DNA of 42,817 nt from a virus (Duplodnaviria; Heunggongvirae; Uroviricota; Caudoviricetes), in the IMG/VR virus record IMGVR_UViG_3300021387_000091, positions 133,979 through 176,795 of that record; one strand, given 5' to 3'. The notes under the pieces were generated by a model that did not search any database, was not told the origin of the DNA, and saw only the letters and a list, made by a program, of their open reading frames with translations. A program made the position numbers and the translations under genes. Within the stretch, counting starts at the first letter, position 1, and each line of letters opens with the position of its first letter. This document shows positions 27,001 to 35,900 of this stretch, piece by piece.

Positions 27001-30000
27001 AGAATCGAAAGGCTTGTCTTTGATGGAACCGAAAATTGGGGTAAGGCAAATGGCATCTTTAAACTTGTTGGCTGGTATGATGGTCATCCGCTCCCCTACT
27101 ATCATACTTATACAGACAACGTGGGCCAAGGTGGTGTTGGCATGTGTAGTGTTTTCGGCCAGTCATATTTTACAAGTGGTGCTGTGACTGGCACATATAG
27201 CCTGCTTATTGGTGAGGCTAACTGGGGCTTTGATATTTTGTCTACGAGAGTTCCGGGTGGCTCGGATACGACTGTTGACCAATTTAAAGCATGGCTTGCA
27301 TCTCTTTATGCGGCTGGAACTCCAATGACACTCGACTACGTCCTTGCCACCCCCATCGAGTACGAACTCGTAGAACCAATTCGCACAGATTATCCTGTAG
27401 ATAAATTAGGAACAGAAAGAATTATTTCTGACACAGTTCCTACTCCTCCATTCTGTGCTGATATTACTTATCATGAAGCAAATATTAAAGATATAGAGAT
27501 AGAAGGAATAACAGAATATCTAAAGAGAGAAGAACTTACTGATGAGTTAGATAAGTTAGATACTATTGAAGAAGGTGCTCAAGAAAATAAGATTGAACAT
27601 ATTACTCTTGGTGGAACTGAGCAAACTATTACTAATAAAACAGTAAATCTTCCTGCGTATCCTACTACTTTACCTGCAAGTGATGTATCAGCATGAGCTA
27701 AAGCAGCAACTAAGCCTAATTATAGTTTTAGTGAAATTGGAGGTACTGTAGCTGACTCTCAATTGCCAGATACTATTAGTTCTGATATTACTGGAACTGC
27801 TATGGGACTTAAAACTGAAAAGTTAACTGGTCAGGAGTTCGTCTACCGCATCAGCCCTGCGAGTATTAAAGCCAAGTCGCTTACCATCGACAGGATAAAG
27901 GGCAGGACTCTGGCGTGGAATCAATTGTGCCCTCTATTCTCTACTGTGGGTGAAGTGCCGCGTTGGAGTATAGAAACATTTATACGCGATGTATCTGCCG
28001 ATGGAAAAACTATAACGATAACTTTTACATCGGCCACAAACCCTCGATTCAGGCTATATCACGGACTATTGCCGACACACACTTTTTTTGTTTGTTATGA
28101 TTATCGTATAAACTCGTTGGCCTCAACGATTGGTTGGTCGGCTACTGGCGTTCTTCCACCACTTGTTCCCGAAGACTCACAAGTTGGTGTTTGGCAACAT
28201 AATAAAAAATTGATAAGTTATAACGACTCCGTCGACTACAGTGTGACATTCCCGGATATTGGTTCCAGTTATGAAGGGGCCCAAGTGTCCGTGCAAAATT
28301 ATAGGATAGTAGACCTTACTCTATTCTTTAACGGCAGTATTCCAGACGGATACACTGCTGAGGATTTTGAGAACGAGTATGGCTATTTGCTCCAAGATGC
28401 TGATGTTATATCCGGCACTCTCATCTCCAACGATGCTTCTGCGCTGGAGACCGTTGGGTTCAACCAGTGGGATGAGGAATGGAAAAGTGGTGGGTATGAT
28501 ATTTATGGAAACCCAGCACCTTCAAATGAATATATAAGAACAAAAAATAGAATTCCTATTGTCGCAGGCCAAACTTATTATATTCATTATAATGGAACGA
28601 TAGCGAGTGGTCAATTTGCAAGTTATATATTCGATTCCGCTGATAATTTACTCTTACGGGTCGAGGGCTATAATAAAACTGTTAACGCACCGGAAAATTC
28701 GTCCTATATGGTGTTTAACTATAAGGCAACAACCTACAACCACAACATCTGCATCAACCTCTCCGACCCTGCCAAGAACGGCACATACGAGCCGTACTGG
28801 AAGAGAACGATACACCTTGGACTGAACAACTTCAGGGTAAAGAGCCACAATATCTGGGACGAGGAATGGGAACTGGGATATTGGAACTCAACTGGCTGGC
28901 ACGCCAACAATAACTTCCTCGGTTCGAAGAATTATATCGCGGTATTCCCCTCTACTTCGTACTTCTTTAAGAGTCCCACAAATGTTAGGGAAATTGAATT
29001 TTGGGATGTTAACAAGAATTACATAGATAGGCTTACTTGGAATGAAGGAAGTGCAAATAGTGGCTTCACTACACCAGCGAATTGCCGTTATGTTACCTTT
29101 TATTTCGGAGGAACCTACGGCACCACTTACCAGAACGACATCTGCATCAACGTCTCTTCCTCCTTCAACGGACAGTATGAGCCGCACGGGATACTGACAT
29201 TCAATGGAGTGCCGAGTGCCGGAAGTGTCTATGACGAGATTGTCGGGAATAAGTATGTCAAGAGAGTGGGAAGTGTGGATTTGGGGAGTTTAAATTGGAC
29301 AAGAGCACAATATGGTGATATATATTGTTTTGTGTCAAGCATTTCTGGTAAGAAATTCGCGATAGAGAACATTCTTTCCGCAAAATATATTGTAGCCAAT
29401 AAACTTGCTTCTGAGTTATTAAAGGGTGAGAGTAGGGGAGACAATTCATCATCGGCAATCTATATTCGTGATGATGCCTACTCCGATGCAGCTTCCTTCA
29501 AAGCCGCCATGTCGGGCGTAATGCTGAACTACGAACTCGCCACCCCTGTAGAGTACGAGTTGGTGGAGCCTCTTGTGCCCACGGTGAAGGCCGGTACGAC
29601 CGAGGCAAGGATTAGTCCTAACGCTGACGGCCTGTCCGCTCCGTTCAGGGCAGACATAATTTATTCTGTTGCAGATTATATAGAATATGCTGATAGGGCT
29701 GGGACTCTTGTAAAAGGTGCTTCTGTTGATTTAACTGATATTACTGCAAATGGAGAGCTTTCTGGTAATGCTTTCAAAGTTATAGCTGAGCATATTGCTA
29801 AGTTAACATCAAGAGTTGAAGCATTAGAGAATGGAATTGGTGTTACTGATACTTTATCTTCTAATTCTGTAGATTCTGCTAATGGATACTATATAAATGG
29901 AGATAAAACTGTTATTATAGGTTCTGGAGCTCCTATAGTAGTTCCAGCATTTGCAGGACAGTTTTATATTAATACATCTGGTCCAGCATTGTATTATGCT

Positions 30001-30039
30001 GTTAATAATAGTGCAACAACAGATTGAAAACAAGCTTAA
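24010..30039 (+). CDS. 2009-aa tail fibre / receptor-binding protein with two duplicated modules
   Basis: Track ORFs 24151, 25591 and 27763 share one frame through TGA. Coiled-coil E..AR...D..L repeats, GKQLSTEDYTTAEKNKLAGI fibre motif, four WDEEW...ICIN domains. Confidence 0.82.
25572..29660 (+). repeat. Dispersed direct-repeat blocks between fibre module 1 (about 25575-27385) and module 2 (about 27830-29655)
   Basis: 26106-26160 vs 28428-28482 (55 nt, 1 mismatch); about 26414-26550 vs 28735-28872; about 26830-26918 vs 29125-29210; about 27337-27378 vs 29530-29570. Confidence 0.9.
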
Positions 30040-30042
30040 TAT

Positions 30043-31341
30043 ATGATTAAAAGTTATACAAATGAATCTGAGTGGGCTTCAGCAACGAAGCCCACTACAG
30101 AATCTACAGTTGGATTACTGTTAGATTCTAATACACCTGTTATTAATGGTGTTAATGTGTTGGTTACAATACCTAAATATGGAGATGCAGTAGTTCTGGA
30201 TGCAGATGGTAATATCCGTTTCATTGCTTTTGGAACTTTTAACAACGATACTTTCCCTAGTAGTTGGACTAAGGTAGGAGTAGTTTATCGTGTGAGAGGT
30301 AAGAAAGTTGATGTTATTTCATATACTTCTTTAGGTGGAATTAGATACTCTGCTATTTGAAGATTAAAAATTACAGGATATACTCTTGATTCTGCAGACC
30401 ATACTGCTGTATTAAGAAGTTATGATAACAATGGCGCTTATACTGATTTAAGTTTTACTTATAACGCTGCTTCTCCTTCTGATTTGATAAGTCAGTTTAA
30501 TACATGAGCAGAAACGTCTGGAAATGATCCAAATAACAGAGGTTTCTATATGTATTTAGATGGTTCTGGTGTAGTGCAGTTCTGTGAAGCTAATTATAAT
30601 CACTGGAGGCAACATTCAGATGGATGGGTAAGTGGTTTAACTTCTTCTCCAAGTGTTGCACAAGAAATTCCCAATATTACTTGGAATCCTGATATGGATG
30701 GTATTTCTCGTATTTACAATACTGTTAATATTGGTGCTGTTAAACGTTGAGGTGGTAGAACTTTAAGTTCTGTAGAAGTAATTACTGCTAATAATACTCC
30801 TATTTCAAAGGCCTCTTTTGAAAGCGAATACGGTATTAATTATCAAAATGCTTATGGAACTTATGATAATTATCTTGAACATAACTGTGCAAAGATTCCT
30901 GTAAATAAAGGCGTATGTTCGTGAACAAATGTTGGACATGAATATACTTACGCTTTAGCTGATTTAACTTATAAAACTAAAGCTGGAGAAACAGCTTATA
31001 TGTATAATGCTCCTCATCAAGTATCTACTTTTGGTTTTTCTACAAATAGTGATCTTGCTGCTGGGAAATGATATATTCCAGATGTAGAGGAAATGATCGT
31101 ATTAATGAGACCGATTACAGTAGGAAACAGCGGAATTAGTACAGTGGATCAGTATGATAAAGTAAACCAGACCATTTATGCTATGGGAGGAAATACTATA
31201 AGTACCAACGCCAGGCGTTGGTGTAGTTGTAGGTACGGTAGCGACGATGTGTGGGCTTGTGACTCCGGTGCTTATTTGTACAACAGCGGTTTCTACGGGA
31301 CATTGGCTGTTGTTCCTGTGTGCCGCCTCCGTATTGCTTAG
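30043..31341 (+). CDS. DGR target protein (432 aa) with C-terminal C-type-lectin-fold variable region
   Basis: Three track ORFs share one frame through TGA. KWYIPDVEEM motif followed by RRWCSCRYGSDDVW...VVPV, typical of DGR CLec/DUF1566-like C-termini. Confidence 0.8.
31205..31341 (+). other. DGR variable region (VR) and putative IMH
   Basis: Locally GC-rich run of NNY codons (tac ggt agc gac gat ... gct tgt gac tcc ggt gct tat ... tac aac agc ggt ttc tac), as expected from adenine mutagenesis of AAY template codons. No matching TR seen in the window. Confidence 0.7.
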
Positions 31342-31350
31342 ACGATAATC

Positions 31351-32004
31351 TTGTCTGGCCGCGTTTTGAGCGGCCAGACTATTCATCAAAAACTTATAAA
31401 TTATAATTTATCAGATAAAAAGTACAAAATTTCAGCACTTGGAACAAAGCCAAAACTAATAAAGAAGACATTAGATAAAACAGATATAAAACCGGTATTA
31501 GAAGATTTATTTGAGTTTGTAAGAGACATTTTAAAGTTAATGGGAAAATATGATAGAAGCACAACAGGCGCTTCATTATATAAATCTTTATTACAAGCGG
31601 AAAAGCATTTTGCTTTGTCATATTATCACGTAGGAATTACAGAAAAGAAATATGAAGAAGCGTATGATTTAGTTTGTGAATTAGAAACAATTAAATTTCT
31701 TTTAGAACAAATATTTAGATTAAATATGATTCATGATTCTAAACAACACGTTGAAGGATTTAGAAATAGAACATATTTAATAATAGCAGATATGCAAGAA
31801 CAGATTGATAAATGATATAATTGAATAGTTGCTGAATTGCAACAGTCTATGAACTCATATTTCGGAATGATGAAACGTCGTTCAGAGAAGAAAGCTATTT
31901 ATAGGATGATTTTTAGTTATATAAACAAAGAATGATGACATTATGTGAAGTTTAATAAAAATCGGTTATGTATTCAAGTAAGAAAACAATATAAAGAGTT
32001 TTAG
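31351..32004 (+). CDS. avd: Avd-like four-helix protein fused in frame (via TGA=Trp) to a DGR reverse transcriptase C-terminal remnant; start codon uncertain
   Basis: Helical Avd-like body (VLEDLFEFVRDILKLMGKY...LVCELETIKFLL...QIDKWYNW), then LQQSMNSYFGMMK...INKEWWHYV, resembling the Bacteroidota DGR-RT C-terminus; ends at TAG 32004. Confidence 0.65.
31353..31379 (+). promoter_or_regulatory. GC-rich hairpin/cruciform downstream of VR (DGR retrohoming cis element)
   Basis: Perfect 10-bp stem gtctggccgc / gcggccagac with a 7-nt loop, starting 12 nt after the target stop. Confidence 0.75.
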
Positions 32005-32032
32005 TAACATATTGCTAAAATTTTAAATTTAT

Positions 32033-32072
32033 AAATCCCTGTGACTCAATGAGTTACGGGGATTTTTGTTTT
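32033..32072 (+). terminator. Intrinsic terminator
   Basis: 15-bp stem aaatccctgtgactc / gagttacggggattt with two G.U pairs, followed by a T-rich tract. Confidence 0.85.
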
Positions 32073-32084
32073 ATATTAGCATCG

Positions 32085-32117
32085 TTAGGTTTCAGGTCGT
32101 TTATGTATTAACTTTGC
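32085..32117 (+). promoter_or_regulatory. Bacteroidota-type promoter (TTAG-N20-TAACTTTGC) heading the six-gene cassette
   Basis: -7 element TAnnTTTG at 32109; one-mismatch -33 element at the same 20-nt spacing as the other promoters. Confidence 0.6.
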
Positions 32118-32171
32118 ATCGTTGATCAACAAAAGTATAGTTTTTAGTTTAATTTTTAAAAGTAAAATAAA

Positions 32172-33047
32172 ATGGCAGAAGAAAAAACTTATGTATTTGG
32201 CAATGATGCCAATTCTCTTCCACTTGCTTACGCTCTTAACGGAAACGGATGGAATAATGGTGGCCTTGGTGGCTGAGGCGGCGGTATTGTTGGATTCCTT
32301 CTTGGCTTAGCTTTTGGCGGCTTTGGTGGAGGTTTCGGTGGTTTTGGTAACGGTTTTGGCGGTGGAGTTGGCAATTTAGTTAACTCTGATAGTAACCGCG
32401 ATGTTGTTCTCCAAGCTATTAATGGTACAGATGCAGATGTTCGTCAATTAGCTTCTACACTTGGAATGAATTATGAAACAATTAGTGCTGGTATTACTGA
32501 TGCACGTATTGCTCTTCAGAATGTAGGTTCTCAGGTTGGACTTTCTAGCTTACAAGTTCAAAACGCTATTCTATCTGGCGACGCTTCTATTGTTTCTAAA
32601 CTCCAGGAGTGTTGCTGCGAGAATCGCCTTTTAACAACCGAACAGGGTTATCAGGCTCAGATTCGTACTATCGAGCAAACTAATCAGCTTGGTTCTCAAG
32701 CAGATCGTAATACTGCTGCTCTTACTAGTGCAATTAATGCTTTCCACGATGACATGACTCGTGAATTCTGTGAAGTTCGTGAGCGTGAAATGCAAGATAA
32801 GATTAGCACTCTTACTGCTGCTAATGCTGCTCTTAAGAGTCAAATTGATAATGCTAACCAAACCGCTGCTGTTGCTGCTATGCTTGCTCCTATCCAGAAA
32901 GAAGTTTCTGAGATTAAAGCTGCACAGCCTGCAACCACAACAGTTACTTATCCTCAATTAACAGCTATCCCTTCTTATATGCTTTATGGAAATGGTAGCT
33001 ATTACGGATATCCTTTTTATAACGGAAATGGCTCAATCTGGGCTTAA
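32172..33047 (+). CDS. Gly-rich, membrane-segment and coiled-coil protein with a CCC motif (291 aa)
   Basis: ATG 32172 is in frame with track ORF 32466 via one TGA. GGIVGFLLGLAF hydrophobic segment, GGFGGGFGGF repeats, LQECCCENRL. Confidence 0.8.
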
Positions 33048-33072
33048 TTTAGCTTAGGAGGGGCTTTTTGTT

Positions 33073-33405
33073 ATGGCTACTAGTTTTTTATTTAACAGAG
33101 TAAACATAAATGGAATACCTTGTATTGAGGTAGCAAGCCTTACAGAAAGTGCAACAACTGTTACATATAATTTCAATCAATCTCCATCTGTAAATCCAAG
33201 ATTTTCTGGATTAATTGCAGTTAGAATTGATGAAACTCCTACAACTACAACATTGCCTGTAAATTTTAATGTTCCAAGTATTGCTGGTACAACTATTGCG
33301 CTAAGTCTACTTGGTGGAACACAGGCAACTGGCGCTGATTTAGAGGAAGGTATCCATTTAGTATTTTACGATAGATCAAACGGTATATTACAATTATTAG
33401 TTTAA
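33073..33405 (+). CDS. Hypothetical beta-rich protein, cassette gene 2
   Basis: Intact ORF, ends at TAA, tightly coupled to neighbours. Confidence 0.75.
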   Translation: MATSFLFNRVNINGIPCIEVASLTESATTVTYNFNQSPSVNPRFSGLIAVRIDETPTTTTLPVNFNVPSIAGTTIALSLLGGTQATGADLEEGIHLVFYDRSNGILQLLV

Positions 33406-33408
33406 TTT

Positions 33409-33933
33409 ATGTTTCAATCAGTAAGACCAAATAGTCCAATTTATGTATTACATAAAGGAGAAAATGCTAGGTTAGAAACAGGATATGTTGTAAATCAACC
33501 TATTCCAAAACCAAAGTATCAAATCCCACATACATTTGGACAACCTCAAGAAATGATTGTAGATTTAGTTGTAAAACTAAATGATTCTACATTTAATTAT
33601 AATTCATTACCTGCACAATCTGATATTTCAGATTCGTATAGTAATGGTGAAAATATTGTTATTTCCGATAGTAGAGATGCAATGAACGCAGAGATTATGA
33701 GTACTAAACAGAAGAGTTTAGATATCATAAATAGTATAGATTACCACAAATCACTTGTTAGTCAGTATGAAAAAATATTATCTGATTTTAATCCGGAAAT
33801 GGCGGAAAAACAAGCACAACAGCAAGAAATTGCATCTTTAAAAAATCAGATTAGCGAAATGAGCAAAAATATGGCCTTACTGATTGATCAGTTAAAAATA
33901 AATAAAGGATATGAACAGAATGTGGGAAATTAG
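33409..33933 (+). CDS. Hypothetical protein with C-terminal coiled coil, cassette gene 3
   Basis: MFQSVRPNSPIYVLHK...; intact ORF overlapping the next start. Confidence 0.75.
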   Translation: MFQSVRPNSPIYVLHKGENARLETGYVVNQPIPKPKYQIPHTFGQPQEMIVDLVVKLNDSTFNYNSLPAQSDISDSYSNGENIVISDSRDAMNAEIMSTKQKSLDIINSIDYHKSLVSQYEKILSDFNPEMAEKQAQQQEIASLKNQISEMSKNMALLIDQLKINKGYEQNVGN

Positions 33934-34102
33934 AGAAGGTTATGACCATAGAATGGGTCGGAGAGATAAGTCTGTAGACGAAGCATATGAATGCGGATAC
34001 GAAGACGGTTATAGAGACGCCATGGAAGAGATGGAAGAGATGAACGAAAGAAAGAGCATGTCTTCTTATAGAAAAAGAGATAGTAGAGGGAGATACATGT
34101 AA
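33911..34102 (+). CDS. Small charged protein ending RKRDSRGRYM, cassette gene 4
   Basis: Intact ORF with TAATG overlap to the next gene. Confidence 0.7.
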   Translation: MNRMWEIREGYDHRMGRRDKSVDEAYECGYEDGYRDAMEEMEEMNERKSMSSYRKRDSRGRYM

Positions 34103-34512
34103 TGAGATTAGATGCGAGAGATAGTTTTCCTTCTGGAATGGAAGAGTACTTGTCTATTTATGGATGGCATTTTAGCAAAAAGATGTGCGAATGAGCTACA
34201 TCAAATATGTATAAAGTAGATGCCACTGGTGCAAAGAATTATATTACACCAATGAAAAAAGAAGTAGTAGACGAGCTTTTGAAAAGATATAATATTAAAT
34301 TGGAGAATAAAGTATCCTATGATTATGTCTTTGCTGCAAACATGTGTTTTGCTGATTATATGGGTTCTTCCATAGAAGATGAAAGACATGTTGCACTATT
34401 TGTCAAGGATTACGTAGATGATGAAGATGGATATTCGGAATTACCGTTTACAAGATTCTTTGCAGATTGTATAGGTTCTGGAACTCCAATTAATTGGGAG
34501 GATATGATATAA
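34102..34512 (+). CDS. Hypothetical protein, cassette gene 5 (YGWHFSKKMCEW motif)
   Basis: ATG 34102 is in frame with track ORF 34207 via one TGA. Confidence 0.75.
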
Positions 34513-34937
34513 TGATAAAACAGAACATTTACCTTGATGATTGAGATTGATATGTTACTGTATTTTATGCAGTAGATACCTATTATTTAGATGATATTTT
34601 AGGAGAATTAGAAGAGATTGGATGTTCTGGCAGTAAATTAAATGATATTGAAGTCAGTTTAGCAACAGAACAGTATAATATAGGATTAACATATTCAAAC
34701 TTAAAAGGTAGATGTTCTGTTGTTGTTATCGGATTAACTTCATCTCCTGCAGAATTTCAAAATACATTCGACCATGAGAAAGGGCATTTAGCAATGCATA
34801 TTTGTGAAACAGATAACATTGACCCGTTTTCGGAAGAATTTCAATATTTAACCGGAGAAATAGGTCAAGCAATGTTTCCAGTTGCTAAAAATTTCCTTTG
34901 TGAGCATTGTCGAATTAAATTACAAGGTGGGGAATAA
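34512..34937 (+). CDS. 141-aa protein with HExxH motif (putative Zn metalloprotease), cassette gene 6
   Basis: Missing from the track because of TGA at codons 11 and 13 (DDWDWYV); contains FDHEKGHLAMH; ends at TAA. Confidence 0.72.
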
Positions 34938-34960
34938 AATTCTCCACCTTTTTTTGTTTT
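34924..34960 (+). terminator. Intrinsic terminator closing the cassette
   Basis: 12-bp stem aaggtggggaat / attctccacctt, 3-nt loop, T tract. Confidence 0.85.
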
Positions 34961-34985
34961 TATCAAAAATTATTATTATATTTGC
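34953..34985 (+). promoter_or_regulatory. Bacteroidota-type promoter TTTG-N20-TATATTTGC
   Basis: The -33 TTTG lies inside the terminator T tract; TATATTTGC at 34977-34985. Confidence 0.8.
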
Positions 34986-35010
34986 CGCGAAAATTAAAAA
35001 TTAGCAAAAT

Positions 35011-35232
35011 ATGGCACAAAATATAGTTAAGACAATTAAAACAGACCGCGAACCTAAACGGTTTAAATCCGGTTTAGATCGACTTCCGGAAGTGAAACAA
35101 ACATCACGTCCACCGAAAATTTTAAAGGTCTCAGATAAAGAAAAACAAAAAGTGAGGGCTGGATTTTTACCAGGAGGTATTAATCCAAAAGGAAAACCAA
35201 AATTAATTGAAGATGGAAAGAAACTTAAATAA
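35011..35232 (+). CDS. Small Lys/Pro-rich basic protein
   Basis: First ORF after the promoter; ends at TAA. Confidence 0.65.
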   Translation: MAQNIVKTIKTDREPKRFKSGLDRLPEVKQTSRPPKILKVSDKEKQKVRAGFLPGGINPKGKPKLIEDGKKLK

Positions 35233-35608
35233 GAAATTACTTTTAATTGTAACAAAATATGCTCCGTGATTTATTTCAATAGGATATGTAGTTGAATTAA
35301 TATTAGCGTATTTTGGATATAATTCTTTCTTATTGGCTTGTTTATTTTCTACTGGTATTATACCTATAATCTTAATACTTTTATTTTCTTTTCAATTTGG
35401 GTACTGTGTTTGACACAGGTTGCCATTGTATTATACTTTTACAACAAATATAATTAATGCCTTTGATTTTTATTTTGGAATTCCTGTTCCAAATAAATCA
35501 ATGCTGATTATATATCTTATTTTACTTGCAATCTTTGCTCTTATTGGAGCATATATTAAAAATAAACATAATGTTAGAAAAAGAAACACTAAAGAAAACA
35601 TTACTTAA
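35213..35608 (+). CDS. 131-aa multi-pass membrane protein (holin candidate)
   Basis: ATG 35213 is in frame with track ORF 35420 via two TGA; 3-4 hydrophobic segments; CVWHRLPLYY motif. Confidence 0.65.
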
Positions 35609-35900
35609 TCTGATAGATCTTATAGATACCGATAGTTCTAATTATACAAACGAAGAATATAATGAAATACTAGATTCTATAAATAGAATAACAAATACAC
35701 ATAACAGATTAAGTAAATACCAAGCTTGTCAATATTTAGGAATAAGTCGAGCTACATTTGATAATTATGTTAGAGATGGAAAATTACCAAGGGGCGAAAA
35801 AGCTCTTGGATTTAAAGAACTCTCTTGAGATTTAGGAACTATAAAGAAGTTTAAAAATGCCAAAACCAACAATACCAATATTAGGACAGATTCTAAGTAA
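35571..35900 (+). CDS. Helix-turn-helix protein (excisionase/AlpA/MerR-like)
   Basis: LSKYQACQYLGISRATFDNYVRDGKLPRG; TGA=Trp completes KELSW. Confidence 0.8.

Noticed and set aside
26106-29570. CRISPR array or shufflon
   Set aside because: Repeats are in-frame coding blocks of unequal length and spacing, all direct; no inverted recombination sites or invertase in the window.
26106-29570. Fibre repeats as a DGR TR/VR pair
   Set aside because: Mismatches between copies are mostly synonymous and not restricted to adenines, and both copies are coding.
31816-32004. Functional reverse transcriptase gene
   Set aside because: Only about 60 C-terminal residues remain; no YxDD catalytic region.
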